Assembly: GCA_001464315.1 (NCBI GenBank)
Contig: LNFK01000040.1
Coordinates: 32,607-96,606 of the forward strand
Source of the DNA: Sphingomonadales bacterium Ga0077559
GTDB lineage: Bacteria; Pseudomonadota; Alphaproteobacteria; Sphingomonadales; Sphingomonadaceae
DNA length: 64,000 nt
Reading direction: 5' to 3'
Each line of letters starts with the position of its first letter. Positions within the stretch are counted from its first letter, which is position 1. Shown here piece by piece: positions 1-7,704 of this stretch. The notes beneath the pieces are model-generated. The model ran no database searches. It had not been told where the DNA came from and worked only from the letters and a program-made list of their open reading frames with translations. Both the position numbers and the translations under genes were made by a program.

Positions 1-1
1 G

Positions 2-358
2 CTTGGCTTTGGCGGCAATGTCGGCGGCGTCGAGCAAGAGGCGCTGCCCGGCGTCGACAATTATCTCAATTTTGTGATGAAATTCATCTTCGGCTTCGGG
101 ATATCATTTTTGCTGCCAGTATTGCTGATGCTGTTGGAGCGGGCAGGCATTGTCACTCTCGAGCAACTTCGCGGTGCACGGCGCTATGCCATTGTCGGTG
201 CGTTTGCGATTGCAGCCGTGCTCACACCTCCCGACGTCGTATCGCAACTACTGCTCGCGATACCTCTGTGTATTCTTTACGAACTGGCCATCATAACGAT
301 TTGGTTTACCCGCCGCCGTAGGTCGACAGGCGAAGTTGCTGAAGAACCAGCTATCTGA
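2..358 (+). CDS. tatC: Twin-arginine translocase subunit TatC, 3' part (truncated by window start)
   Basis: Frame open from position 2. Motifs YLNFVMKFIFGFGISFLLPV, RRYAIV and AAVLTPPDVVSQLLLAIPL are typical of the TatC C-terminal half. Confidence 0.93.
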   Translation, partial: LGFGGNVGGVEQEALPGVDNYLNFVMKFIFGFGISFLLPVLLMLLERAGIVTLEQLRGARRYAIVGAFAIAAVLTPPDVVSQLLLAIPLCILYELAIITIWFTRRRRSTGEVAEEPAI

Positions 359-423
359 AATATTACGCCTTTTAATTCTGCGTAGGATATTTTGTTCATC
401 AATAGGTTGGGTAGCATTTCAAC

Positions 424-459
424 AAAAATGGCCGCATGATCGTTGAAATCATGCGGCCA
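424..459 (-). terminator. Intrinsic terminator downstream of the entericidin-like genes
   Basis: Perfect 12-bp inverted repeat TGGCCGCATGAT (429-440) / ATCATGCGGCCA (448-459), followed by a T run on the minus strand. Confidence 0.8.
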
Positions 460-484
460 CCGTATTAATAATCTATACGCTGCA

Positions 485-607
485 TCAGATTGCGCGGTCG
501 GCAGCATCTCCAACCGATTCAATGTCTTGGCCCGCGCCTTTGACGGTGTTGCAGGCGGCAGCAAAAAGCGATGCGGATAGCAAGATGATGGTAGCAATTT
601 TACGCAT
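485..607 (-). CDS. Entericidin A/B-family small lipoprotein (40 aa), absent from the ORF track
   Basis: Hand translation MRKIATIILLSASLFAAACNTVKGAGQDIESVGDAADRAI*: signal peptide, lipobox Cys and the CNTVKGxGxDI entericidin signature. Confidence 0.88.
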   Translation of the reverse strand: MRKIATIILLSASLFAAACNTVKGAGQDIESVGDAADRAI

Positions 608-682
608 GTGAATCTCCGATGTTGCGACAGTTTTCATTGTCTTACATCGCAAACGCCGGATGTCGTCAGAAGTTCCGTAAGT

Positions 683-805
683 TTAAATTGCGCGATCACC
701 TGCCTCGCCGACTGACTCGATGTCTTCGCCCAATCCCTTGACCGTATTGCATGCAGACAAGATGAGCGAGGCCGAAATAAGAATGGTAGCAGCCAATATA
801 CGCAC
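683..805 (-). CDS. Entericidin A/B-family small lipoprotein (40 aa)
   Basis: GTG start at 805 after a GGAGG SD: MRILAATILISASLILSACNTVKGLGEDIESVGEAGDRAI*. LSAC lipobox and CNTVKG signature. Confidence 0.88.
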   Translation of the reverse strand: MRILAATILISASLILSACNTVKGLGEDIESVGEAGDRAI

Positions 806-871
806 GACATTTCCTCCTGGATGATGGATGCTGCTATCGTTGCATCCACCATCATGAACAGACGCTGACAA

Positions 872-3013
872 CTAGAAACTCAGGCGCGCGGTCACCCGGA
901 AGTCGCGTCCGGCCAAGGGTACGAAATCTTTGGTAAAGGATGCGGCACGGCGCGCGGTGACGTCGAACAGATTATTGGCCGACGCGATGAGTGCTATGTT
1001 GCGGTCCCTGCCAAAAGGCCGCCACGTTGCTGATGCATTGACCAGAGTGAAGCCTTCGGTCGGCGTTTCAAACGCAGCAATGCGGTTCTGGGCATCGCTA
1101 TACTCGACTTCGCCGCGCAGATCGAAATGACCACTGGTCAATTCAGCGCCGCCTAATAGGCGTAAAGGCGGGATTCGGGGAGCATTGCCGCCGCCACCGG
1201 AAATCTTGGCGCGTGTATAATCGGCGACGCCATCGACCCCAAGGTCGAACCCGCCATAGCTGCCGAGCCGAGCCGCGGCCTGAAACTCCACACCCCATAC
1301 GCGGGCATCATCCTGAAAATATTGGAAGACAGGAAGATTGTCCTCTTCGGCACCCGTTTCGGCCTCGTAGATGAAATTGTCGAAGCGGTTGGTGTAAACC
1401 GTTGCGCTGAATTCACCATTGGTGCCGTCGTAGCGAGCGTAAAGCTCGCCATTCCACGCCCGCTCGCTTTTCAGCGTTGGGTCGCCGATCTCGAACGCCT
1501 GTGTCGCGATATGCGGACCGTTGGAGAACAGCTCTTCGACTGACGGCGCGCGTCCGGTACGCGAAATATTAGCACCGATTTTAAGGTCGCCGATATTGTA
1601 GCCAACGCCGGCCGCCGCCGAGAAATTGTTGAACGCGCGGGTGACACCTAGCGTATCTGCCCGCAATTCGGCGGTATCAAAGCGCAGCGCCACTTCGGTA
1701 TCAAGATCGCCGAATTTGAATTCTTGAAGCGTGAACAATCCGTAGGCGCGTGTCTTGTTAGGCGGAACGAAGGCTTCGGCACCAATGGCTTCGAAATCAC
1801 GGCTTTGATATTGTACACCGCTCGCGCCGCGCCAGCCGTTACGTTCATTTTGCACAATTTCCGCGCGGGCTTCGATGCCCTGGCTGTTAAAGACCGTTCC
1901 GATTTCGTCGCCTTCGAATTCGGTATGGGTATAGTCGGCATAACCAGCGCGCAGCCGCAATTTTTCGAACAGCCCGGCACCGAGATTTACTTCTCCGCGG
2001 AAATCAAGACGGTATTGGCGCAGACCAATGGTGACAGGGGCCTCGCCTTCTTCTCCGCCTTCTTCGCCCTCCTCATGATGATGCGCAGCACCGGGACGGG
2101 CGGGGACGCCGTAATTTGTGTCATAGATGCTATACGAAACACCTAAGTTGCCGCCATCATCAATAAAGGCGATGCCGCCGCCTGCAGTCCAGGTCTTGAC
2201 CGCGCTATTGGGTATCCGCCCCCGCTGCGCCGCGAGTTCACGTGCTTCTTGAGCTTCCTCCAGATTGCCTTCGCCTTCTTCATCCTCGGCAAATTCAAGC
2301 GCCTCTGCGCGCAAATTTGGTGACAGCACAAAACCGGCAGTCCGCAGATCGTCGCTCTTACGATAGCTGCCATCCAAGTGAACAACGACTCGATCGGCCA
2401 AAGGAACGTCGATAGAGCCACCGCCCGACCAATCATCCGCGGCGCTGCCGTAGCCCGCCAGTATGTCGACATGAATAGCTTCGTCCGGGATCGCGCGCGG
2501 TATGCGTTTGTCGATTGCGTTAACCGCGCCGCCGACCGCCTGACCACCAAACAGCAAAACTGCCGGGCCACGCAAAACTTCAATTCGCTCCACGGTTAAA
2601 GTGTCGATGGTGACGGCATGGTCAGCCGACGTGTTCGATACGTCGATATTGCCGATTCCGTCAGTTAGGACAGCGACCCGGTTACCCTGATATCCGCGTA
2701 AAACCGGTCGTGAAGCCCCGGGAGAGAAACTGGTGGCTGACACTCCGGGTAGGCTGGTCAATATATCGCCCAACTGGGCACGGGTTTTCTCCGCCAGCAT
2801 CTCGCCTGAAACCGCGGACGTGCCAGCCAGTATGTCGAGCCGTTCGATATAGGGCGCGGTGACCACAATTTCCTTTTCGGTATGAAAATCGTCATCCTGC
2901 GCCGCTTGCCGTGCTGAACTATCTTCAGCCTGTTGAGCGTCGGCGGGTACAGACAGTGCGATTGAAACAGCCGTAATGCTGACGGCAAACTTGGCGTAAA
3001 TGATGGGCTTCAT
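872..3013 (-). CDS. TonB-dependent receptor, ZnuD-like (probable zinc uptake)
   Basis: Signal peptide from MKPIIYAK, plug motifs (PGVS, RPVLRG, RIEVLRGPAVLLFG), His/Glu-rich loop and terminal F (ARLSF). Zur-like box upstream. Start refined from 3151 to ATG 3013. Confidence 0.88.
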   Translation of the reverse strand: MKPIIYAKFAVSITAVSIALSVPADAQQAEDSSARQAAQDDDFHTEKEIVVTAPYIERLDILAGTSAVSGEMLAEKTRAQLGDILTSLPGVSATSFSPGASRPVLRGYQGNRVAVLTDGIGNIDVSNTSADHAVTIDTLTVERIEVLRGPAVLLFGGQAVGGAVNAIDKRIPRAIPDEAIHVDILAGYGSAADDWSGGGSIDVPLADRVVVHLDGSYRKSDDLRTAGFVLSPNLRAEALEFAEDEEGEGNLEEAQEARELAAQRGRIPNSAVKTWTAGGGIAFIDDGGNLGVSYSIYDTNYGVPARPGAAHHHEEGEEGGEEGEAPVTIGLRQYRLDFRGEVNLGAGLFEKLRLRAGYADYTHTEFEGDEIGTVFNSQGIEARAEIVQNERNGWRGASGVQYQSRDFEAIGAEAFVPPNKTRAYGLFTLQEFKFGDLDTEVALRFDTAELRADTLGVTRAFNNFSAAAGVGYNIGDLKIGANISRTGRAPSVEELFSNGPHIATQAFEIGDPTLKSERAWNGELYARYDGTNGEFSATVYTNRFDNFIYEAETGAEEDNLPVFQYFQDDARVWGVEFQAAARLGSYGGFDLGVDGVADYTRAKISGGGGNAPRIPPLRLLGGAELTSGHFDLRGEVEYSDAQNRIAAFETPTEGFTLVNASATWRPFGRDRNIALIASANNLFDVTARRAASFTKDFVPLAGRDFRVTARLSF

Positions 3014-3062
3014 TCTACAACGGTTCTCTAAAGTTGGTTGGGGGCGTCGGTGGCTAATAACT

Positions 3063-3085
3063 GTAATGTTATAGTATAACAATAC
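3063..3085. promoter_or_regulatory. Zur-like operator
   Basis: GTAATGTTATAGTATAACAATAC, a near-perfect 23-bp palindrome resembling the proteobacterial Zur box (AATGTTATA-N-TATAACATT), ~50 bp upstream of the TBDR start. Confidence 0.78.
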
Positions 3086-3207
3086 CTCAATCGCTATTTT
3101 CGACGAAATGCTGCTGGCAGGCGACAATGGATGGGCAAGGCGAATTGTCATGGCGCAAATATAGACTTGCTTGCGAACCCCAATGAACGCGACTAGCTGT
3201 CTGCGTC

Positions 3208-4200
3208 ATGAATACCCTAGGTTCAACGCTCGATCTGATCGGAAATACCCCGCTTGTCCGCCTCAAGGGGCCAAGCGAGGCCGCGGGCTGCGACATTTAT
3301 GGCAAATGCGAATTTGCCAACCCGGGCGCGTCTGTAAAAGACCGCGCCGCGCTGTATATTGTTCGCGATGCTGAACAAAATGGTTCGCTGAAGCCGGGCG
3401 GAACCATCGTCGAGGGCACTGCGGGTAATACGGGCATCGGGCTTGCGCTGGTCGCCAGTGCGCTCGGATACAAAACCATCATTGTCATGCCTGAAACGCA
3501 AAGCCAGGAGAAAAAGGACACGCTGCGCGCCTTGGGCGCACAACTCGTTCTTGTTCCTGCGGCGCCATATTCAAACCCAGGACATTTCGTTCACACCTCG
3601 CGCCGGTTGGCCGAAGAAACCGAAAATGCGGTCTGGGCGAACCAATTCGACAATATCGCCAACCGCCGTGCACATATCGAAACGACTGCCGAAGAAATCT
3701 GGGCTCAGATGGATGGCAAAATCGACGGTTTCACCTGTGCTGCGGGCACCGGCGGAACTATCGCTGGCGTTGGGTTAGGTCTGAAGGCCAAAGACGAGAA
3801 TGTCACCATCGCCCTGTCCGATCCACACGGTGCGGCTTTGTACAATTATTACGCGAACGGTGAGCTACGATCCGAAGGCAGTTCTGTGGCCGAAGGTATC
3901 GGTCAGGGGCGCATCACCGCCAATCTCGATGGCGCGCCAATTGATACGCAATATCGGATATCGGACGAGGAAGGACTCATTTGGGTTCGCCGCCTGTTAG
4001 CAGAGGAAGGCCTTTGTCTTGGCCTTTCTTCGGGCATCAACGTCGCGGGTTCAGTAGCGCTTGGAAAAGAACTGGGGCAGGGCAAACGGATAGCAACAAT
4101 CCTATGCGACACTGGCTTTCGTTATCTATCCACCATCTACAATCCGGAATGGATGAAGGGTAAAAACCTGCCGCCAATGCCCTGGCAACTGGACATTTGA
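3208..4200 (+). CDS. cysK: Cysteine synthase A (O-acetylserine sulfhydrylase)
   Basis: LIGNTPLV, PLP lysine motif NPGASVKDR, EGTAGNTG, GTGGT. Confidence 0.92.
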   Translation: MNTLGSTLDLIGNTPLVRLKGPSEAAGCDIYGKCEFANPGASVKDRAALYIVRDAEQNGSLKPGGTIVEGTAGNTGIGLALVASALGYKTIIVMPETQSQEKKDTLRALGAQLVLVPAAPYSNPGHFVHTSRRLAEETENAVWANQFDNIANRRAHIETTAEEIWAQMDGKIDGFTCAAGTGGTIAGVGLGLKAKDENVTIALSDPHGAALYNYYANGELRSEGSSVAEGIGQGRITANLDGAPIDTQYRISDEEGLIWVRRLLAEEGLCLGLSSGINVAGSVALGKELGQGKRIATILCDTGFRYLSTIYNPEWMKGKNLPPMPWQLDI

Positions 4201-4237
4201 GCCAATCCACCCAATATAGAGGGTAGGAGGACGGCAA

Positions 4238-4534
4238 ATGGCCGAACATAGACAGTCAGCGATGCAACGCATTCAAGTCGGCCTTGTCGGGCTTGTGGTG
4301 GTGCTGCTCTTCGTTAGTCTTGCCAACATGGTCCTTGATCGCGTGAGTGACGGGCCCAGTATGACTTCGACCGAGAATGGGCAGCCTGCGGCGGCGGAGA
4401 GCGAGCAGCTGCCCGATGAGCCACTGGCCGAATTGGGCGTTACGCCGGTCGCCAAGGATGAAGAGGCGGCCAAGGCGCTCGAAACACCAACGCAGAATAT
4501 CCGTCAAGTCCCGCCGTCGACGCCCTCGCAGTAA
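4238..4534 (+). CDS. Hypothetical single-pass membrane protein
   Basis: GGAGG SD upstream; one N-terminal hydrophobic segment, then an acidic/Pro-rich tail (DEPLAELGVTP). Confidence 0.75.
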   Translation: MAEHRQSAMQRIQVGLVGLVVVLLFVSLANMVLDRVSDGPSMTSTENGQPAAAESEQLPDEPLAELGVTPVAKDEEAAKALETPTQNIRQVPPSTPSQ

Positions 4535-4541
4535 ATCATTT

Positions 4542-5372
4542 ATGCAATTGAACCTCAAAAATGCGGGTATCCGCAAGCGGCTGCTCGTCGGAATGCTGCT
4601 TGTCGTGGGGCTGATATTTTTACTGTCGGCCGTCCGTTATCTGCGGCTGGAAGCGGAAGGACCGAAGCCATCGCTCGGTCTGATGACGACATTGCCGCTG
4701 CAATGGAGCGAAGGCGGGATTGAGGCGGATCTATCATACGATGCTCAACCACATCCGGTCTACACGCGCTTGGAGCGAGCATATGAGGTCCGGCCTCTAG
4801 ATAATTTTGATGAACTCGGGACATCAAAGATTCCGCTCCTCATACTCGCGCAACCCCGTGCATTGGCTCCAACCGAGTTGGTTGCGCTAGATAGATGGGT
4901 TCGCGAGGGGGGGCATTTGCTTGTGTTGGCCGATCCTGCCCTGCAGTGGGGCAGTCTCTACCCGCTAGGTGACAAGCGGCGCCCGTTATTTACGTCCTTG
5001 CTGTCACCTTTATTTTCGCATTGGGGGTTGGAGCTGGTGCTACCGATGACCGACCCGGCAGAAATATCGTTGCGCGAGATCGACGGCTTGACCATCCGCA
5101 CACAAACGCCGGGCGAATGGCTTCCAAAGACAGGGGGTGAGGGTGCCCAATGCCAGATCGCCGCCCATAAGTTGCTCGCCGATTGTAGCGTCGGAAAGGG
5201 CAGGGCGTTGCTCGTGGCCGACGCCGACCTGCTCGACGCCGTATATTGGGAAGGCCAAGGTGTCCGCGCGGTCACTGGCGGAGACGAATTTGACAATTTG
5301 CTGTGGGTTGAGGCTCTGCTGATAGCACTGCGCGAGGGGTCGGCAAATCTTGGGGATTTCGTGGGAAAATGA
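4542..5372 (+). CDS. Membrane-anchored protein, GldG/DUF4350-like (ABC transporter auxiliary type)
   Basis: N-terminal TM segment; LILAQPRAL and ELVALDRWVREGGHLLVLADP resemble GldG-like domains. Start refined to ATG 4542. Confidence 0.6.
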   Translation: MQLNLKNAGIRKRLLVGMLLVVGLIFLLSAVRYLRLEAEGPKPSLGLMTTLPLQWSEGGIEADLSYDAQPHPVYTRLERAYEVRPLDNFDELGTSKIPLLILAQPRALAPTELVALDRWVREGGHLLVLADPALQWGSLYPLGDKRRPLFTSLLSPLFSHWGLELVLPMTDPAEISLREIDGLTIRTQTPGEWLPKTGGEGAQCQIAAHKLLADCSVGKGRALLVADADLLDAVYWEGQGVRAVTGGDEFDNLLWVEALLIALREGSANLGDFVGK

Positions 5373-5581
5373 CCAGCGATTCGCGGGAATTCTTGGAATG
5401 ATGAGGGAAAATCAACCGTTATTGTGCGGATTCCAATTGTCATGAATCTTTTGTCCATCCCAACGCGTGTCAGTTTCAATATTATTAGATAATAAAAACA
5501 GATATTTATGCTTAACAGCACTGAAAGTTCCATAAAATCCCTCTTTTCATCCATATAATCCCTCGTTATGCAAAGGCATCC
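5351..5581. promoter_or_regulatory. dcw/mraZ promoter region with MraZ-type GGGA/TCCC repeats at ~10-bp spacing
   Basis: GGGGA 5352, TGGGA 5362, CGGGA 5384, TGGAA 5394, AGGGA 5404; opposite-orientation TCC motifs at 5529, 5538, 5550, 5559, 5579. AT-rich core between them. Confidence 0.55.
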
Positions 5582-5684
5582 AAGGGGTGGATTTCTGATT
5601 TTAACGGCCGTTTCAGCGTCCGCACAGCGATAGGCGTCGCTGTGATTGGCAATCCGCGCCCTTTTCGGGAGGGTGGTTTCGGCA

Positions 5685-6176
5685 GTGTCAGCGTTGGTGG
5701 TCTATGCAGGTTCGGGGGTGTCGGGTGTGGACGCCAAAGGCCGCACGACTATACCTGCTGAACTGCGCGACAGCGTACAGCAATCCTCCGGTGCCAACAG
5801 CGTTTGCATATCTCGCCATAACAGCCTTCCCTGCCTGATTGGCTTCGGCGGTGCCGAGCGGCTTAAGCTCCGCGCCGACATCGAGGCGCAATGGCAAAGT
5901 GCGGTTACTCGCGGGACCGAATTTGACCGTGAACTCGCAGGGGTTTCCGCCTCTTCCATTTTCGAGACGGCTTTTGAAGCCAGTGGGCGCTTCGTGCTTT
6001 CGCCGATGCTTAAGCATTTCGGCCGTATCGAAGACCGCGCCTTCTTTTTCGGCGCGACCACCCATTTCATGCTGTGGAACCCGGACGTCTTCTTGAAAGA
6101 AGCGCCCGCAGCATTCAACTCAATCAAGGACGAGCTTAATTACTGGCTCTCCGAAGCGGCCAAGCGCAGCAAATGA
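5685..6176 (+). CDS. mraZ: Cell division/transcriptional regulator MraZ (start uncertain, 5646-5697)
   Basis: [14 protein letters not shown] and a degenerate second motif FEASGRFVL; first gene of the dcw cluster. Confidence 0.85.
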   Translation: MSALVVYAGSGVSGVDAKGRTTIPAELRDSVQQSSGANSVCISRHNSLPCLIGFGGAERLKLRADIEAQWQSAVTRGTEFDRELAGVSASSIFETAFEASGRFVLSPMLKHFGRIEDRAFFFGATTHFMLWNPDVFLKEAPAAFNSIKDELNYWLSEAAKRSK

Positions 6177-7129
6177 GCGCGCAGGCCCCCCATATTCCAG
6201 TTCTGCTGGATGAAGTGATTCACGCTCTAGCCATCACCCCTGGCGCTGAGATTGTGGATGGCACCTTTGGTGCAGGAGGATACAGCGAAGCGATACTCGC
6301 TGGCGGTGCGCGCGTTTACGCGTTTGACCGCGATCCCGATGCGCTATCAGAAGGTGCAGACCTTGCAGGCCGCAGTGGAGGTGCTTTGCGCCTCTACTCG
6401 GCCTGCTTTTCTGATTTGGACGAGGCTCTGATCGCCGACGGCATTACCGAGGTTGATGGCGTCGTATTGGACATCGGTGTTTCGTCGATGCAGCTTGATC
6501 GCGCTGAACGCGGATTTTCTTTCCAAAAGGACGGCCCGCTTGACATGCGCATGGCGCAGGATGGCATGACCGCGGCAGATTTCGTCAACGAAGCAGAAGA
6601 AGCCGACATTGCCGATATCATTTACCGTTATGGCGAAGAACATCGTTCTCGCCGGATCGCGCGGGAAATTGTTGCAGCGCGCCCGATCACTACGACCGCC
6701 CAATTGGCTACTATTGTCCGCAAGGCTGTGGGCCACAAACCTGGCGCACCAAAAGATCCCGCTACCCGCGCATTTCAGGCAATCCGTATCCATATCAACC
6801 GCGAGCTTGATGAACTGACCGATGGTCTGGAAGCCGCCGAACGGATGCTTAAGCCCGGCGGCCGTCTGGCAGTAGTGACCTTTCACAGCCTCGAAGACCG
6901 CATCGTCAAACAGTTTCTGCGCCGCCGCAGCGGTGCCGAAGGGGTAGGGTCGCGGCATATACCAACGGTGACGGACGCTGGTCCCGTTCCCACATTTGAA
7001 AAAGCCGACAAGGCAGTTCGCCCGTCAGAAGCTGAAATCAATCGCAATCCACGCGCCCGTTCCGCAACATTGCGCTCGGCAACGCGCACATCGGCACCCG
7101 CTTGGGCAGAAAAAGGACTGGCGGCATGA
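6173..7129 (+). CDS. rsmH: 16S rRNA m4C1402 methyltransferase RsmH
   Basis: [53 protein letters not shown]. Confidence 0.97.
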   Translation: MSAQAPHIPVLLDEVIHALAITPGAEIVDGTFGAGGYSEAILAGGARVYAFDRDPDALSEGADLAGRSGGALRLYSACFSDLDEALIADGITEVDGVVLDIGVSSMQLDRAERGFSFQKDGPLDMRMAQDGMTAADFVNEAEEADIADIIYRYGEEHRSRRIAREIVAARPITTTAQLATIVRKAVGHKPGAPKDPATRAFQAIRIHINRELDELTDGLEAAERMLKPGGRLAVVTFHSLEDRIVKQFLRRRSGAEGVGSRHIPTVTDAGPVPTFEKADKAVRPSEAEINRNPRARSATLRSATRTSAPAWAEKGLAA

Positions 7130-7704
7130 GCCTTGCCATGAAGCGACTGAAAAATCTGGGCTGGCTTGCGCTGGTGTTCATGGTTGCGATCCTGCTCTAT
7201 CCGTTGTCGCTCAATGTGGCGGCCCTGCACAGCGATTTGGTATCGGTTGACCGCGAGATACTCGAGACCAAACGCGAAATCAGCTTCCTCCAAGCGGAAA
7301 TCCGCACCCGCGCGAGCCTCCAGCAGCTCGAAGAATGGAATGAGTTGCTTTACGGCTATCAACCACCGACTGCGCAGCAATTTGTCAACGGAGAGGCAGC
7401 TTTGGCTGGCCTCGGCGGTGACGCACCGGTAGGTAAACCGGTCATGGTTGCTGCGTCCTTCTCGGACGGCGCGGCTCCTGCTGGGCTAATCGGCGCCGGT
7501 CGAAACAGCACAACGTCAGTTGAGGCCAATAGCGACAATGACGATGGAATTCAGAAGCCAACCAAGGTGGCAATCGCCAAAATCGATACGCCGGTCGTAG
7601 AGCAAACCCGCACCGAGCGGCTTGCGCGGATGGATGAAAAATTGCTGTCCGATGACTTGATGCACGACATCTCGGTAAAAGCTGACAAAGAACGCAAGCG
7701 TTAA
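7126..7704 (+). CDS. ftsL: FtsL-like cell division protein with long C-terminal extension
   Basis: Lies between rsmH and ftsI; single TM segment, then a coiled coil ([14 protein letters not shown]). ATGA overlap with rsmH. Confidence 0.65.
   Translation: MSLAMKRLKNLGWLALVFMVAILLYPLSLNVAALHSDLVSVDREILETKREISFLQAEIRTRASLQQLEEWNELLYGYQPPTAQQFVNGEAALAGLGGDAPVGKPVMVAASFSDGAAPAGLIGAGRNSTTSVEANSDNDDGIQKPTKVAIAKIDTPVVEQTRTERLARMDEKLLSDDLMHDISVKADKERKR

Noticed and set aside
277-597. 106-aa minus-strand ORF in the track
   Set aside because: It is a shadow frame over the real 40-aa entericidin-like gene (485-607) and the terminator.
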